Of a stretch of 64,000 bases of DNA, positions 1 to 9,505 are shown one piece after another. Positions within the stretch are counted from its first letter, which is position 1. The number at the start of each line of letters is the position of its first letter. The position numbers were made by a program, and so were the translations under genes. Location: assembly GCA_964371055.1 (NCBI GenBank), contig CAYJLF010000016.1, positions 72,628 to 136,627 on the forward strand, in the 5' to 3' direction. A model generated the notes under the pieces. The model searched no databases. It was not told the DNA's origin and saw only the letters and a list, made by a program, of their open reading frames with translations. This DNA comes from an uncultured bacterium. Its GTDB lineage: Bacteria; Eisenbacteria; RBG-16-71-46; CAIMUX01.

Positions 1-3000
1 CCGTGACCCGGCAGCACTCCGGAGCCGTCCTCACGCTCCGCCCCTCGAACCGCACCGGGGCGGCATTGAGCACGGCCGCCTCGGCCTGGACGTCGGACGA
101 CACCAGCGACGCCGCATGCGGCAGGAGAGCATAGGTGAACCGGTGCCGGCCCAGATCGCAGTCGGGATCGGGATAGGTCGCTCCGCGCAGCAGGTTGAGA
201 TCGAGGTCGTGATTGTGGACCCGGTGGCCGTACTTGCTGTCATTGAGGAGGGCGACGCCGTACTCGCCCGAGGTGAGATCGACCCAGCGGTGCGCCACGA
301 CCTCGAAGCGCGCCTGATCCCAGCTGGTGTTGCGATGCGTCGGCCGACGGAGATGACCGTACTGGATCTCAAACGTCGCCTCAGCCGCGCGAACCGCGAC
401 GGGGAACGACACCCGCAGCATGCGATGGCGCTCCTGCCAGTCGACTTCGGTCACGAAATCGAGGCGACACGATCCCGTGGCGAGCCGAACCTCCTGCGTG
501 ATCGAAGACGCGCCGACGGCGAGATGGAACCGCAGGGCCTGGCGGACGGGTGGAGCACAGGCCCCGCTTACGCCGACGACGAGCCGCTCGAGCCGCACCG
601 CGCACGCCGTGTCGACCACCGCCCGCTCGTAGAAGAGATCGACGTCCCAGGCGTCCCAGTCGTTCGGGCGGTCCTCGTAGAGGGTCAGCCGGTTCCCGAC
701 CTCGCCCTCGGCCATGATTTCGCGGCCCGCCTCCTTGTCCCATCCGCGAAGCAGCCGTCCGTCGTGATCGAACTCGTAGCGGACCCGCTCGTTCTCGATC
801 TCGATCGGGCCGGCGGCGGGATCGACCGCGATCCACCTGCACCGCGCGGACCGCGAATCCGTTCCGTCCACGCCTCGGCCGCGCCCGTCAGGCCTCAGCG
901 AAAGGAACGAGTACGGCTCGATCCGCACGCGCGCGACCGACCGACCCTCCTCCTCCTGCAGCGGTACGCGGCGACCGGAGGAAGCATCGAACCAGCCCCC
1001 CGGCGCCACTGTCCCGAGCTCGACGACGCCGTCGAACGGATCGTCGTGCGGATGAAAGAGGGTCACCGCGCCCGCCTCGACCGTGAGCAGGCATCGGCCC
1101 GCCTCCTCGATCAGCCGCGAGCACTCCGCGAGGGCCGCCTCGTGATCTGCATGCGTACGGTCGTAGGCCCGATGGATGCTGGAGCCGGGCAGGATGTCGT
1201 GGAACTGGTGCAGCAGCGTCAGCTTCCAGAGCCGGTCGAGCGCGGCCGCCGGATACTCCTCGATCGGCCGCATGGACCAGAGCAGTTCCACGATCCTGAG
1301 CGCCTGCTCCAGGCGGCGGTTCCCCTGTTTCACCCTGGCCTGGCTGGTCAGGCTGCCGCGGTGGAGCTCGAGGTAGAGCTCGCCCACCCAGACCGGCAGA
1401 TCATCGCGCCGGGCGCGCAGCCGCGCGAAGAATCCGTCCGCCCGCCCGAAGACGACCCGAGGCGCGCCCTCGAGGTCGTGCATGCGCCGGCCAGTCTCCA
1501 GGTGCTCTTCCTTCGGTCCGCCGCCGCCATCGCCGACGCCGAAGAGGCAGAGGAACTCATCGAGGAACCCCTTCTCGCGGAAGTTCTCCCCCCCCGGGAT
1601 GATCGCCTCGGGATCGAGCGGCGAGTTGTAGGTGTTCTCGGGAGGAAAGTGCGCCAGGACCTCGCTGCCATCGAGGCCGCGCCAGACGAAGGAGGTGTGA
1701 GGAAAGTCGTTCCACTGGTTCCACGACATCTTCTGCGTCAGAAAGGAGTCGATGCCCGAACGCCGGAGGATCTGCGGCAAGGCGGCCGAGTAGCCAAACA
1801 CATCCGGCAGCCAGAGATTGTCGACGTCGACGCCGAACTCCTCGCGGAAGAAGCACAGGCCGTGCAGGAGCTGCCGCACCATCGACTCCCCGTCGATCAG
1901 ATTGCAGTCCGGCTCGACCCACATCCCGCCCTGCACCTCCCAACGACCCTCCGCGACCAACTCGCGGATCCTCTGGTAGAGCTCCGGGTGTCGCTCGCGG
2001 ACGAAGATGTAGTGCTGCGCCTGCGACGCGCCGAAGACATAGCCCGGATATCGATCGAGCAGCGAGACCTGCGACGCGAAGGTCCGCGCGCACTTGCGCA
2101 CCGTCTCTTCCACCGGCCAGAGCCAGGCCGTGTCGATATGAGCATGGCCGACCGCGGTGACGCCGAGGGCGGATGGCTCTGCCGGCCGGTACAGCTCGGC
2201 GGCCAGAATCGCCCGGGCATCCACGGCACGCTCCTCCAGACCGGCGAAGCGATCCGCGGCCAGCGATCCGGCCCGGATGAGCCGGGCCCGCCGGACGCTT
2301 TTCTCCGGCAGTCGCCGGATGAGGCCGAGCAGGCACTTGAGATCGAGCCAGAGGTGCCACAGTTCCGGCTGGAAGGCCGCCAGACGCGCGAATCTCAGCT
2401 CACCCTCGTACCGTCCGTAACGATGCGGATCGTCCGCCGCGGGATCGAACTCCGTGAAGACGCCGAAAAGAGACGCGGCCGTGGCCTCGATCAGGAGCTC
2501 CACCCTCTCGCCCCCGCGGCAGGCGTCGAAGAGCGGCACGCGGTCGCGCTTGAAGGCAGGCTCCCAGATCGATCCGGTCGTGATGCCGGTGAGCAGTCGT
2601 CCGTCCGGATCGAGGACCAGACCCTCGCTGCCGAAGTCGAGGTGCGCCACGACCGGGCGGCCCGCCCACTCGCGTGGGACGGAGCCTTGGACGCGAAACC
2701 AGGCCGTCTCCCACGCGCGTCCCCACGCTTCACCGATCGCGATCGGTCGCCACGGCCCGTCGGGAGGAGGAAGCTCGAAGCGCGCGTCGCGCAGCGCATC
2801 GAGACAGGAGGCCTCACGGGCCGGGGCGGGACCGTTCCCCGGCTCTGTCTCCGCCCCTCGCGGTCGCGCCCCTCCGGAGGGGGCCGGACCCGGCAGCCAC
2901 GCCACCGCGAGCGGCGAGGTCGCCGACAGCAGCATTCCGCCCAACCGTTCCTGCCACCGCGTCAGCCGCTTGATCCAGGTCTCTTCCTGCTTCCGTTCCA

Positions 3001-3001
3001 C
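1..3001 (-). CDS. Alpha-mannosidase, glycoside hydrolase family 38 (3'-truncated by window edge)
   Basis: Not in the ORF track because the stop lies outside the window. Manual translation from GTG at 3001 gives MERKQEETWIKR..., the GH38 Zn motif VGHAHIDTAWLWP (~2152) and a C-terminal LNLLRGATYPDPDCDLGRHRFTYAL. The start is 3 nt after the SSS stop. Confidence 0.9.
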   Translation of the reverse strand, partial: MERKQEETWIKRLTRWQERLGGMLLSATSPLAVAWLPGPAPSGGARPRGAETEPGNGPAPAREASCLDALRDARFELPPPDGPWRPIAIGEAWGRAWETAWFRVQGSVPREWAGRPVVAHLDFGSEGLVLDPDGRLLTGITTGSIWEPAFKRDRVPLFDACRGGERVELLIEATAASLFGVFTEFDPAADDPHRYGRYEGELRFARLAAFQPELWHLWLDLKCLLGLIRRLPEKSVRRARLIRAGSLAADRFAGLEERAVDARAILAAELYRPAEPSALGVTAVGHAHIDTAWLWPVEETVRKCARTFASQVSLLDRYPGYVFGASQAQHYIFVRERHPELYQRIRELVAEGRWEVQGGMWVEPDCNLIDGESMVRQLLHGLCFFREEFGVDVDNLWLPDVFGYSAALPQILRRSGIDSFLTQKMSWNQWNDFPHTSFVWRGLDGSEVLAHFPPENTYNSPLDPEAIIPGGENFREKGFLDEFLCLFGVGDGGGGPKEEHLETGRRMHDLEGAPRVVFGRADGFFARLRARRDDLPVWVGELYLELHRGSLTSQARVKQGNRRLEQALRIVELLWSMRPIEEYPAAALDRLWKLTLLHQFHDILPGSSIHRAYDRTHADHEAALAECSRLIEEAGRCLLTVEAGAVTLFHPHDDPFDGVVELGTVAPGGWFDASSGRRVPLQEEEGRSVARVRIEPYSFLSLRPDGRGRGVDGTDSRSARCRWIAVDPAAGPIEIENERVRYEFDHDGRLLRGWDKEAGREIMAEGEVGNRLTLYEDRPNDWDAWDVDLFYERAVVDTACAVRLERLVVGVSGACAPPVRQALRFHLAVGASSITQEVRLATGSCRLDFVTEVDWQERHRMLRVSFPVAVRAAEATFEIQYGHLRRPTHRNTSWDQARFEVVAHRWVDLTSGEYGVALLNDSKYGHRVHNHDLDLNLLRGATYPDPDCDLGRHRFTYALLPHAASLVSSDVQAEAAVLNAAPVRFEGRSVRTAPECCRVT

Positions 3002-3004
3002 GCC

Positions 3005-4924
3005 TCATTCCCCCCGCACGAAGCCGTTGTCGGTGTGATCCCGCTGCCGCGTGCGCAAGGTGCGGAACATCCGGGCAAGATCGACGCACCCCCCCGTCGT
3101 GAACCAGACCATCGTGACCGCGCCGAGCCCGAGGTGGATCCACAGGTGCACCCGCCAGAACCGCATCCAGGCGGCGTCGCTGGCGGGCCGGGTGACGTGA
3201 AGGACCGCGCCCACGATGAAGACGATGAACCACCCCAGAGTCCACACGTAGTTCGCCAGGAGGATCGCCTTGTCGCCCCGCGTGAAATCCGGTCCGGCCC
3301 AGAGCTGGCGCCAGCCACGCCGCCCGGGCGCTCCGTCGGCCGCATCCCTGGGCGCATGCGTTCCGCGGTGAAGCAAACGATCGAGGTCGAAACCCCGCCC
3401 CCGGCCCAAGAGCGACACCAGCACGAACATCACGCTGGAGGCCCCCATCGCCAGCGCCCAGAATTCCTGGCCGTTGATGAAGAAGTCGGCCTGGAACTGG
3501 TGCACGATGATCCCGCCGACCGAGATGACGGAACCGGTGATCATCGCGGCCCACGCCGCCGCCGTGGTGCCCCGCTTCCAGTAGAGCCCACCGATGATGA
3601 CCGCCCCCGAACCGCCGGCGAAGATTGCGCCCGTGATGGCGAAGAAGAGGAAGATGTACTGCGTCTGGCGGAAGAGGAGCGAGAAGAGGAAGACGAAAAT
3701 CGCCACGCCGAGGATCGACAGCCGCAGCGCCCGCAGATGGGACCGGGTCTCCAGAGGTCGTCCGCGCAACGGGATGATCACGTCCTGCACCAGGATGCTC
3801 CCCCAGGAGTGGAGGTAGGAGTTCAGGGTCGTGATCGAAGCCGCCATCATGATCGCGACAAAGAGCCCGATCAATCCCACCGGCATCATCTGCCGCATCA
3901 CCAGCGGCACCTTGAGCTGGCTTCGCACCGCCTCCGTCTCGCCCACCGGCAGGAGACCCTGCACCGCGGCGGACACCGCCCGGAAGTCAGGGTGGTGGAG
4001 CACCGTGTAGGCCGCGATCGGGATGAAGGAGAGCATGATCGCCTGCGGGATGCCCCGCCAGAGACCCACCACCCCCGCCATCCGCGCCTCGTGGGCGTTC
4101 TCGGCCGATGCGTTGTACGCCTGCGTTCCCTGCCACGACATGGTGCTGTAGAGGAACCCGAAGACGCCGATGAGGAAGTACCAGAAGTTGAAGTCCCGCA
4201 TCGCGCTCGTCTTGAAGGGATTGATGAGCGACTGGTCCGCGGGCGCCTGTTGCAGCGCCTGCGTGATCGTTCCCCAGTCCATCGTCAGGACGAAGTAGAC
4301 GGTGATCGCCAGAAGCCCGATGTTCAGCACCGCACCCTGGAGGAAGTCGGCCACGATCACCGCCACCTGCCCGCCCAGGAAGAGGAACGCCAGGGCGATG
4401 CCGAGCAGCAGGATCATGAGCAGCGCGAAGACCGAGAGGGTGATCGGTCCGAGCTGGATTTCGGCCGGGAAGCCGCAAAAATACTGGAAGAAGCGCGCCT
4501 CGACGGCGGGGAAGATCCCCATGTTGACGATCCCGGCGAAGAAGGCGAGAAGGCCCGTGAAGATCCGGAAGCGCCGGCTGTAGCGCACTTCGAAGAACTG
4601 CGCGAGGGTCAGGCACCGCGTCTGGCGGAACCGGTAGATGACCCACCCTCCGGCGATGGCCACCAGAACGACCACCCCCATGGTCAGTCCCCACCAGGTC
4701 ATCGAGAAACCGGCGAGAAGGTTCATCTCCAGGTTTCCGACGACGGTGATCGCGCCAAGTCCGGCCGCCCCGGCCGAGACGGCGATGAGATAGCGGCCCG
4801 CGCTCCGCCCCGCCGCCAGGAAGTCGGCGACGCTCCTCATGTGGCTCCGGCTCACGAGGGCCGAGCCGGCCATGAAGGCGAACATCAAGCCCACGATGAG
4901 CCAGTCGAGAGGGGCCAGGATCAT
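3005..4924 (-). CDS. Sodium:solute symporter (SSS) family transporter, likely sugar
   Basis: MILAPLDWLIVG... with 'DFLAAGRS' and 'LTLAQFFEVRYS' and many hydrophobic helices. ATGA overlap with the upstream gene. The ORF-track extension to 5443 overlaps that gene. Confidence 0.9.
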   Translation of the reverse strand: MILAPLDWLIVGLMFAFMAGSALVSRSHMRSVADFLAAGRSAGRYLIAVSAGAAGLGAITVVGNLEMNLLAGFSMTWWGLTMGVVVLVAIAGGWVIYRFRQTRCLTLAQFFEVRYSRRFRIFTGLLAFFAGIVNMGIFPAVEARFFQYFCGFPAEIQLGPITLSVFALLMILLLGIALAFLFLGGQVAVIVADFLQGAVLNIGLLAITVYFVLTMDWGTITQALQQAPADQSLINPFKTSAMRDFNFWYFLIGVFGFLYSTMSWQGTQAYNASAENAHEARMAGVVGLWRGIPQAIMLSFIPIAAYTVLHHPDFRAVSAAVQGLLPVGETEAVRSQLKVPLVMRQMMPVGLIGLFVAIMMAASITTLNSYLHSWGSILVQDVIIPLRGRPLETRSHLRALRLSILGVAIFVFLFSLLFRQTQYIFLFFAITGAIFAGGSGAVIIGGLYWKRGTTAAAWAAMITGSVISVGGIIVHQFQADFFINGQEFWALAMGASSVMFVLVSLLGRGRGFDLDRLLHRGTHAPRDAADGAPGRRGWRQLWAGPDFTRGDKAILLANYVWTLGWFIVFIVGAVLHVTRPASDAAWMRFWRVHLWIHLGLGAVTMVWFTTGGCVDLARMFRTLRTRQRDHTDNGFVRGE

Positions 4925-6036
4925 GGTGCACTCCGCCAGTTGCGTCCCTGGTGATCGATGTGGAGAGTCGCGCCGCCGGGCAGATCGAGTACGGCCTCGA
5001 AGCCGCTCGGGGTGGCCGATATCCGCGGAACCGCGGTCACGCGCGTCTCCGCTCCGATCGCGTCCCACCCGAGGAGCCCGGGATCGTCCGCGAAAGGCTC
5101 GCCTCGCTCCCTCCGTTCCTTCTGGGCGTAGTAGAGCTTCCGCAGAGCCGAGCGCGCCGACTCCTCCGGGTCGGGGCGAAGCTGGACCGGTCCGGCGGCG
5201 GGATCGAGGGATGAGAACTGCACGATTCCCCACATCTCCGGGTAGTGCATCGCGATCAGCCCCTGCGGGGACCAGACCCAGTTGTGTTCCGGCCACGCGC
5301 GACCCGTGGCCGGGTCGATCCGCTTGACGTAGGCGCCTTCGACCACATCGAGCGTCCACTCGACCCGTGAGAAGTTGACCCGCCACTGGTCGCCGTCCCG
5401 CGGCGGCACCTCCCGGCCCGCGCACTCCTTCAGGATCTCCCACGGGATCGCGATCTCGACCGACCAGCCGCGATCGACATCCGACGGATCGTTCAACGTG
5501 CCATCAAGGTGCACCGCGGTTCGGAGCCCCGCGATGTCCCACGCATGCACCGCCGGGCCGCCATCGCGGTACGGCCGGATCAACAGCAGGTCCCAGACGG
5601 TGTTCAGGGCATTGATCTCGAGCTCGTAATAGAGGTGCGTATCCCCGTCGGGGTCGAGGAACACCTCGAAGTCGTGTTCGTGGTAGATCACCGCGTCGCG
5701 CCGGTCATAGGTGGCCCAGAGGCCCCGCTCCTCCATCTCGGCATAGACGAAGAGATCGTGATCATCCCACAGCAACCTCGCGCGGGTCGCGAGCGCGGGG
5801 CGGGGCTTGAGGTCCCCCTCGATGTCGACGAACTCCGCCGTCCAGGGAGCGGCCTGCCATGACGCCTCGTCATCGCGGCCGTCGATCACGAGCGACTCGG
5901 ACGCCCGGTGACAGACATAGCGTTCGGGCTGCAGGGGAATGCGCGGAATCGGGAACTTCACCGAGTCTTCCGCCGTCGCCGCCGTGACCGCGAGCGCGCA
6001 GGCCGGCAGGAGCCATGAAAGCGTCGCGCACCCCAT
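4921..6036 (-). CDS. Exported carbohydrate-binding family 9-like (DOMON-type sugar-binding) protein
   Basis: Signal peptide MGCATLSWLLPACALAVTAATA, then 'IDGRDDEASWQAAPW', 'FEVFLDPDGD...YYELEINALNT.WDL' and 'WSVEIAIPW...WRVNFSRV', typical of CBM9-like proteins. Confidence 0.75.
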   Translation of the reverse strand: MGCATLSWLLPACALAVTAATAEDSVKFPIPRIPLQPERYVCHRASESLVIDGRDDEASWQAAPWTAEFVDIEGDLKPRPALATRARLLWDDHDLFVYAEMEERGLWATYDRRDAVIYHEHDFEVFLDPDGDTHLYYELEINALNTVWDLLLIRPYRDGGPAVHAWDIAGLRTAVHLDGTLNDPSDVDRGWSVEIAIPWEILKECAGREVPPRDGDQWRVNFSRVEWTLDVVEGAYVKRIDPATGRAWPEHNWVWSPQGLIAMHYPEMWGIVQFSSLDPAAGPVQLRPDPEESARSALRKLYYAQKERRERGEPFADDPGLLGWDAIGAETRVTAVPRISATPSGFEAVLDLPGGATLHIDHQGRNWRSAP

Positions 6037-6038
6037 CG

Positions 6039-7007
6039 TCAACCCCCCTCCCGGCAATCGGCGAGCAGTTCGCCGATCGTCGTCGTCGCCAGGCCGACCA
6101 CCGTGTCGGCCGCCCCGTAGTAGACCCTTACGCGGCTCTCGGGCCGGGCGAAGTCGTCGGCGTCGTGGCTTTCCACCACCCAACCACTGGGAAAGACTAC
6201 GTTGGGCACCTGCCCGGTCAGCTCATACCCTTCGCGCGGCTCCAGAAGGTTGTACCTCGTCCGCGCCACTACCCGACGCGGATCCTCGAGATCGAGGAGC
6301 AAGGCGCCGACCTGGTAGATCCCCACACTCGCGAAGTGGGTGGCGACTCCGTGGTAGAGCAAGAGCCAGCCCTCGCGGGTCCTGACGGGCGGCGTGCCCG
6401 CACCGATCCTTTCGTCCCAGGATCGCCAGCGCCCGCGGATCACCTCCCCCGCCCGCTCCCAGTGGCGCAGGTCATCCGAACGCGAGAGCACAATCGCGTC
6501 CCCGCTGGGCGGATCGCCCGGCACCGCGGCGAGGTTCGGGCGCTCCAGAAGGAGAGCACGCCCCCCGATCCGCTCCGGGAAGAGGACGCCATTGCGGCTG
6601 TCGTCATCGGTGATCAGCCCGAGGAAGTCCAGCGCTCGGAAGTCGTCCGTACGGCAGAGTCCGAGCCGGCACCCGTCGTCCCGGTCGAGGGCCAGGATCA
6701 CATACCAGACGCCAGCCAGGCGTGTGATGCGGGGATCATATGCGTGATACACCCGACCAGCCGCCTCCAGCCCCCGAACCGGAACCGCCTCCGGCTCGAG
6801 GGAGAATCGAACGCCGTCCTCGCTCTCGGCCCGCAGTAGAAAGGTCTCCCGCCCCCGGTTCTGCACGCGCAGCAGCAGCACGATCCGCCCCTCGACCAGG
6901 GCCGCTCCCGGGTTGAAGACCGAGCTGACGTCAACCAGGTGGGGAGCGACCGCCGGGATGCTCTCCCGAGTCAGGATCGGGTTGGCGGGATGGCGATGGA
7001 GCGGCAT
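6039..7007 (-). CDS. Glycoside hydrolase family 130 (mannoside phosphorylase/hydrolase)
   Basis: MPLHRHPANPIL..., 'SVFNPGA', 'YDPRIT', 'RNGVLFPERIGG', 'GWLLLYHGV' and 'GQVPNVVFPSG...VYYGAADT' are GH130 hallmarks. Confidence 0.9.
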   Translation of the reverse strand: MPLHRHPANPILTRESIPAVAPHLVDVSSVFNPGAALVEGRIVLLLRVQNRGRETFLLRAESEDGVRFSLEPEAVPVRGLEAAGRVYHAYDPRITRLAGVWYVILALDRDDGCRLGLCRTDDFRALDFLGLITDDDSRNGVLFPERIGGRALLLERPNLAAVPGDPPSGDAIVLSRSDDLRHWERAGEVIRGRWRSWDERIGAGTPPVRTREGWLLLYHGVATHFASVGIYQVGALLLDLEDPRRVVARTRYNLLEPREGYELTGQVPNVVFPSGWVVESHDADDFARPESRVRVYYGAADTVVGLATTTIGELLADCREGG

Positions 7008-7131
7008 GCAGGCTCGATGGTTGAGGGTGACAGCGCCTTCGTCGATGCGGCCCACGTGGAACGAGCCCACGCCGGCGGTCGATGTGGGCGCGCGCCGGTC
7101 TCCTCCGCCGGACCGGCCACGCGCCGCCGAG

Positions 7132-7159
7132 AAGATCCCACGGGTGCGGGACATGTCAA
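7132..7159 (-). promoter_or_regulatory. Putative sigma70 promoter of the mannoside operon
   Basis: Minus strand TTGACA (7159-7154), 16 nt spacer, then TG-n-GATCTT (7137-7132) upstream of GH130. Confidence 0.4.
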
Positions 7160-7204
7160 CCGGGTTCTGGGGTTCCCGGGTGGAGCCGTGAACGCGGCGC
7201 CAAC

Positions 7205-7239
7205 TTGATCGTGCCGTCGGTGGTCAGGTATCCTTGTGC
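7205..7239 (+). promoter_or_regulatory. Putative sigma70 promoter of the Cys-rich protein gene
   Basis: TTGATC (7205-7210), N18, TATCCT (7229-7234) followed by TGTGC. Confidence 0.4.
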
Positions 7240-7290
7240 ACGGAAGTAGGCAGTTCTGGTCGTTCTGGTTCTCTTCCCCTGGAGGCTGCC

Positions 7291-8040
7291 ATGCGACTCT
7301 GCCCCCTGTTCTCGTCTGTTGCGCTCGTCCTGGCCCTCTTCTCCGGCCGTTCGCTTGCCCAGTATGATTCCGGCGCCTGCTGCTTCGAGGAAGGGATCTG
7401 TGAAGTCCGCTCTCTCGAAGAGTGCTACGGCGCCCCAGGGGCCCGCTACTGGACCCAGGGATCAGGCTGCGATCCGAATCCGTGCCAGGTAATCACCCCC
7501 CATCTCGCCTGCTGCCTCCCGGATGGCACCTGTACCATTCTCAACTACCTGGTCTGCGAGGACTCCGGCGGCATGGCGCAGTGGTGGGGAGGCTGCGATC
7601 CCGATCCGTGTGGGGAGCACCTGCAGGCCTGCTGCCTCGCCTCCGGGGTTTGCGACCTGCTCATCCCATCCGTCTGCATATACCTGGGAGGAGAGCCGGC
7701 CGCGCCGACCTCCTGCGACCCGAATCCCTGTGGGTCCGAACCGGGAGCCTGCTGCATCGTTCCCGGGACATGCGTCATCCTGACCTTTGACGCCTGCTAC
7801 CACGCGGAGGACTCCTACGCCTGGCTGGAGGACCAGCCTTGTCTCCCGAACCCCTGTCCCAATACCCCGATGGTCGCCTGCTGCTTCGCCGATGGGCACT
7901 GCGAGCGCATTCCCGACTTCGAGTGTCAGGACCAGGGCGGGAGCAGCGCGGGGTATTGGATCGACTGCAGCCCCAACCCGTGCGCACCGACGCCGCTCGA
8001 GGTCGGATCCTGGGGTCGGATCAAGAGCTTCTATCGCTAG
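7291..8040 (+). CDS. Secreted Cys-rich repeat protein (5 x 6-Cys repeat) with C-terminal SWGRIKSFYR motif
   Basis: ATG 7291 after GGAGG. Signal peptide, five ACC-x5-C-x7-C-x10-14-CxP[ND]PC units, then TPLEVG-SWGRIKSFYR*. Confidence 0.85.
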   Translation: MRLCPLFSSVALVLALFSGRSLAQYDSGACCFEEGICEVRSLEECYGAPGARYWTQGSGCDPNPCQVITPHLACCLPDGTCTILNYLVCEDSGGMAQWWGGCDPDPCGEHLQACCLASGVCDLLIPSVCIYLGGEPAAPTSCDPNPCGSEPGACCIVPGTCVILTFDACYHAEDSYAWLEDQPCLPNPCPNTPMVACCFADGHCERIPDFECQDQGGSSAGYWIDCSPNPCAPTPLEVGSWGRIKSFYR

Positions 8041-8096
8041 CAGGTCCCGCGCCCTGCGGGCGACGCTCGTTGGCCGACGGCAAGATGGAGCAGGTC

Positions 8097-9479
8097 ATGA
8101 TCCGAGATTCGTTCCTCCTGGCCATGGCACTCGCCGCCGGAGTCGCCGGTGCCCAGCCGTCCACGCCGGGCACGTCGCCTCTGCTGCTGACCGGCGTTCG
8201 CATCTTCGACACGGAAGCAGGTGCGATGACCGAGGCGCGCGACATCCTGATCGAGGGCGAGGCGATTCGGACCATCGTCCCGGCGGGCGGCACCATCCCC
8301 GCGGGCGTCGATCCGATTCGTATCGACTGCAGAGGCCGCTACGCGGTGTCGGGGCTCTTCGACTGTCACACCCATGTCGCCCACCTCATGACCGGCGACA
8401 GCCTCGAGATCGTCCTCGACGAGTTCGTCCGGCGCGGGATCTTCTACCTGCGCGACGTGGGAGGACCGATCGACCAGTTGGAGAGCCTCGCGCAGCGGAT
8501 CAAGACGGGGGAGGTCATCGGACCGGAGATCTTCTACACCGGGCCGATGCTGGAAGGGAGCCCGTTGACCTGGGGGGCACAGAATGCCGCGCTGCCCGGC
8601 TTCACGGTGGCGATCGACTCTCCGGCCGCCGTCGACAGCCTCCTGCCGGAGCTGAAGCGGCAAGGCGCCTGCCTCGTGAAGACCTTCAACCGCATCGATC
8701 CCGCGGTCTACCGCGGGCTGGTCGCGACCGCCGGCCGGCTCGGACTCGGCATCGTGCACGATCCGGGCACGCCGCTCTTCCACCGCGTTCCCCTCGACCT
8801 GGCGCTCGAGCTTGGCGTGACGAGCTTCGAACACGCCAAGGCGCCCTGGCCGGTGGTACTGATCCCGGACCTTCAGGAGGAGCATGACCGGCTGATGAAG
8901 AGCTCGCCTGACCCGATGAGCCGGAGCGCCTTCATGGCCCGCGTCGCGGGGATGGGCGTCGAGTCGGTTTCGCCCGAGCGTCTCCGCGACCTCGGCGCGC
9001 GCATGGTGGCGCGAGGCGCCTATCTCTGCCCCACCCTGCACGTGCTCGCCGGCATGGAGGCGATGGCGATCGAGCAGACGAAGCGGCAGCTGGGGCTGCC
9101 GGAGCTCCCGGCGCCGATGCTGGCCATGGTCCACACGAACGTGAGCGGCATGGAGACGGTGAGCCGCATGTTCGTCCGGGAGTTGGCCGGCATGGGAGTG
9201 CCGATGCTGGTGGGCCAGGACAACGCCCGGCCCGCGGGCACGGTCGAGGAGATGCGGCTTCTGATCGGGTGCGGCCTCACTCCGGCCGAGGTGCTCAAGG
9301 GAGCAACGATCTACCCCGCCCGCTGGCTCCGAGTGACCGACCGCCTGGGCTCGATCGCGGCTGGGAAGGCGGCCGATCTACTGGTGGTGACCGGGGATCC
9401 GCTGGACGACATCGGCCACCTTGACGCCCCGATTCTGGTCGTGCGACACGGCGTCGTTCTCCCTGGCGGCGGAGACTGA
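8097..9479 (+). CDS. Exported amidohydrolase family protein (metal-dependent TIM barrel)
   Basis: Signal peptide, 'LLLTGVRIFD', HxH motif 'LFDCHTHV', and C-terminal 'GSIAAGKAADLLVV.GDPL.DI'. Confidence 0.85.
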   Translation: MIRDSFLLAMALAAGVAGAQPSTPGTSPLLLTGVRIFDTEAGAMTEARDILIEGEAIRTIVPAGGTIPAGVDPIRIDCRGRYAVSGLFDCHTHVAHLMTGDSLEIVLDEFVRRGIFYLRDVGGPIDQLESLAQRIKTGEVIGPEIFYTGPMLEGSPLTWGAQNAALPGFTVAIDSPAAVDSLLPELKRQGACLVKTFNRIDPAVYRGLVATAGRLGLGIVHDPGTPLFHRVPLDLALELGVTSFEHAKAPWPVVLIPDLQEEHDRLMKSSPDPMSRSAFMARVAGMGVESVSPERLRDLGARMVARGAYLCPTLHVLAGMEAMAIEQTKRQLGLPELPAPMLAMVHTNVSGMETVSRMFVRELAGMGVPMLVGQDNARPAGTVEEMRLLIGCGLTPAEVLKGATIYPARWLRVTDRLGSIAAGKAADLLVVTGDPLDDIGHLDAPILVVRHGVVLPGGGD

Positions 9480-9505
9480 CGCCGCGGCGGTGGGGGGCCG
9501 GTCGG

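Noticed and set aside
116-4954. 1612-aa plus-strand ORF
   Set aside because: Antisense shadow of the GH38 and SSS genes. It is Arg/Gly-rich with no motifs, an expected artefact of high-GC codon bias.
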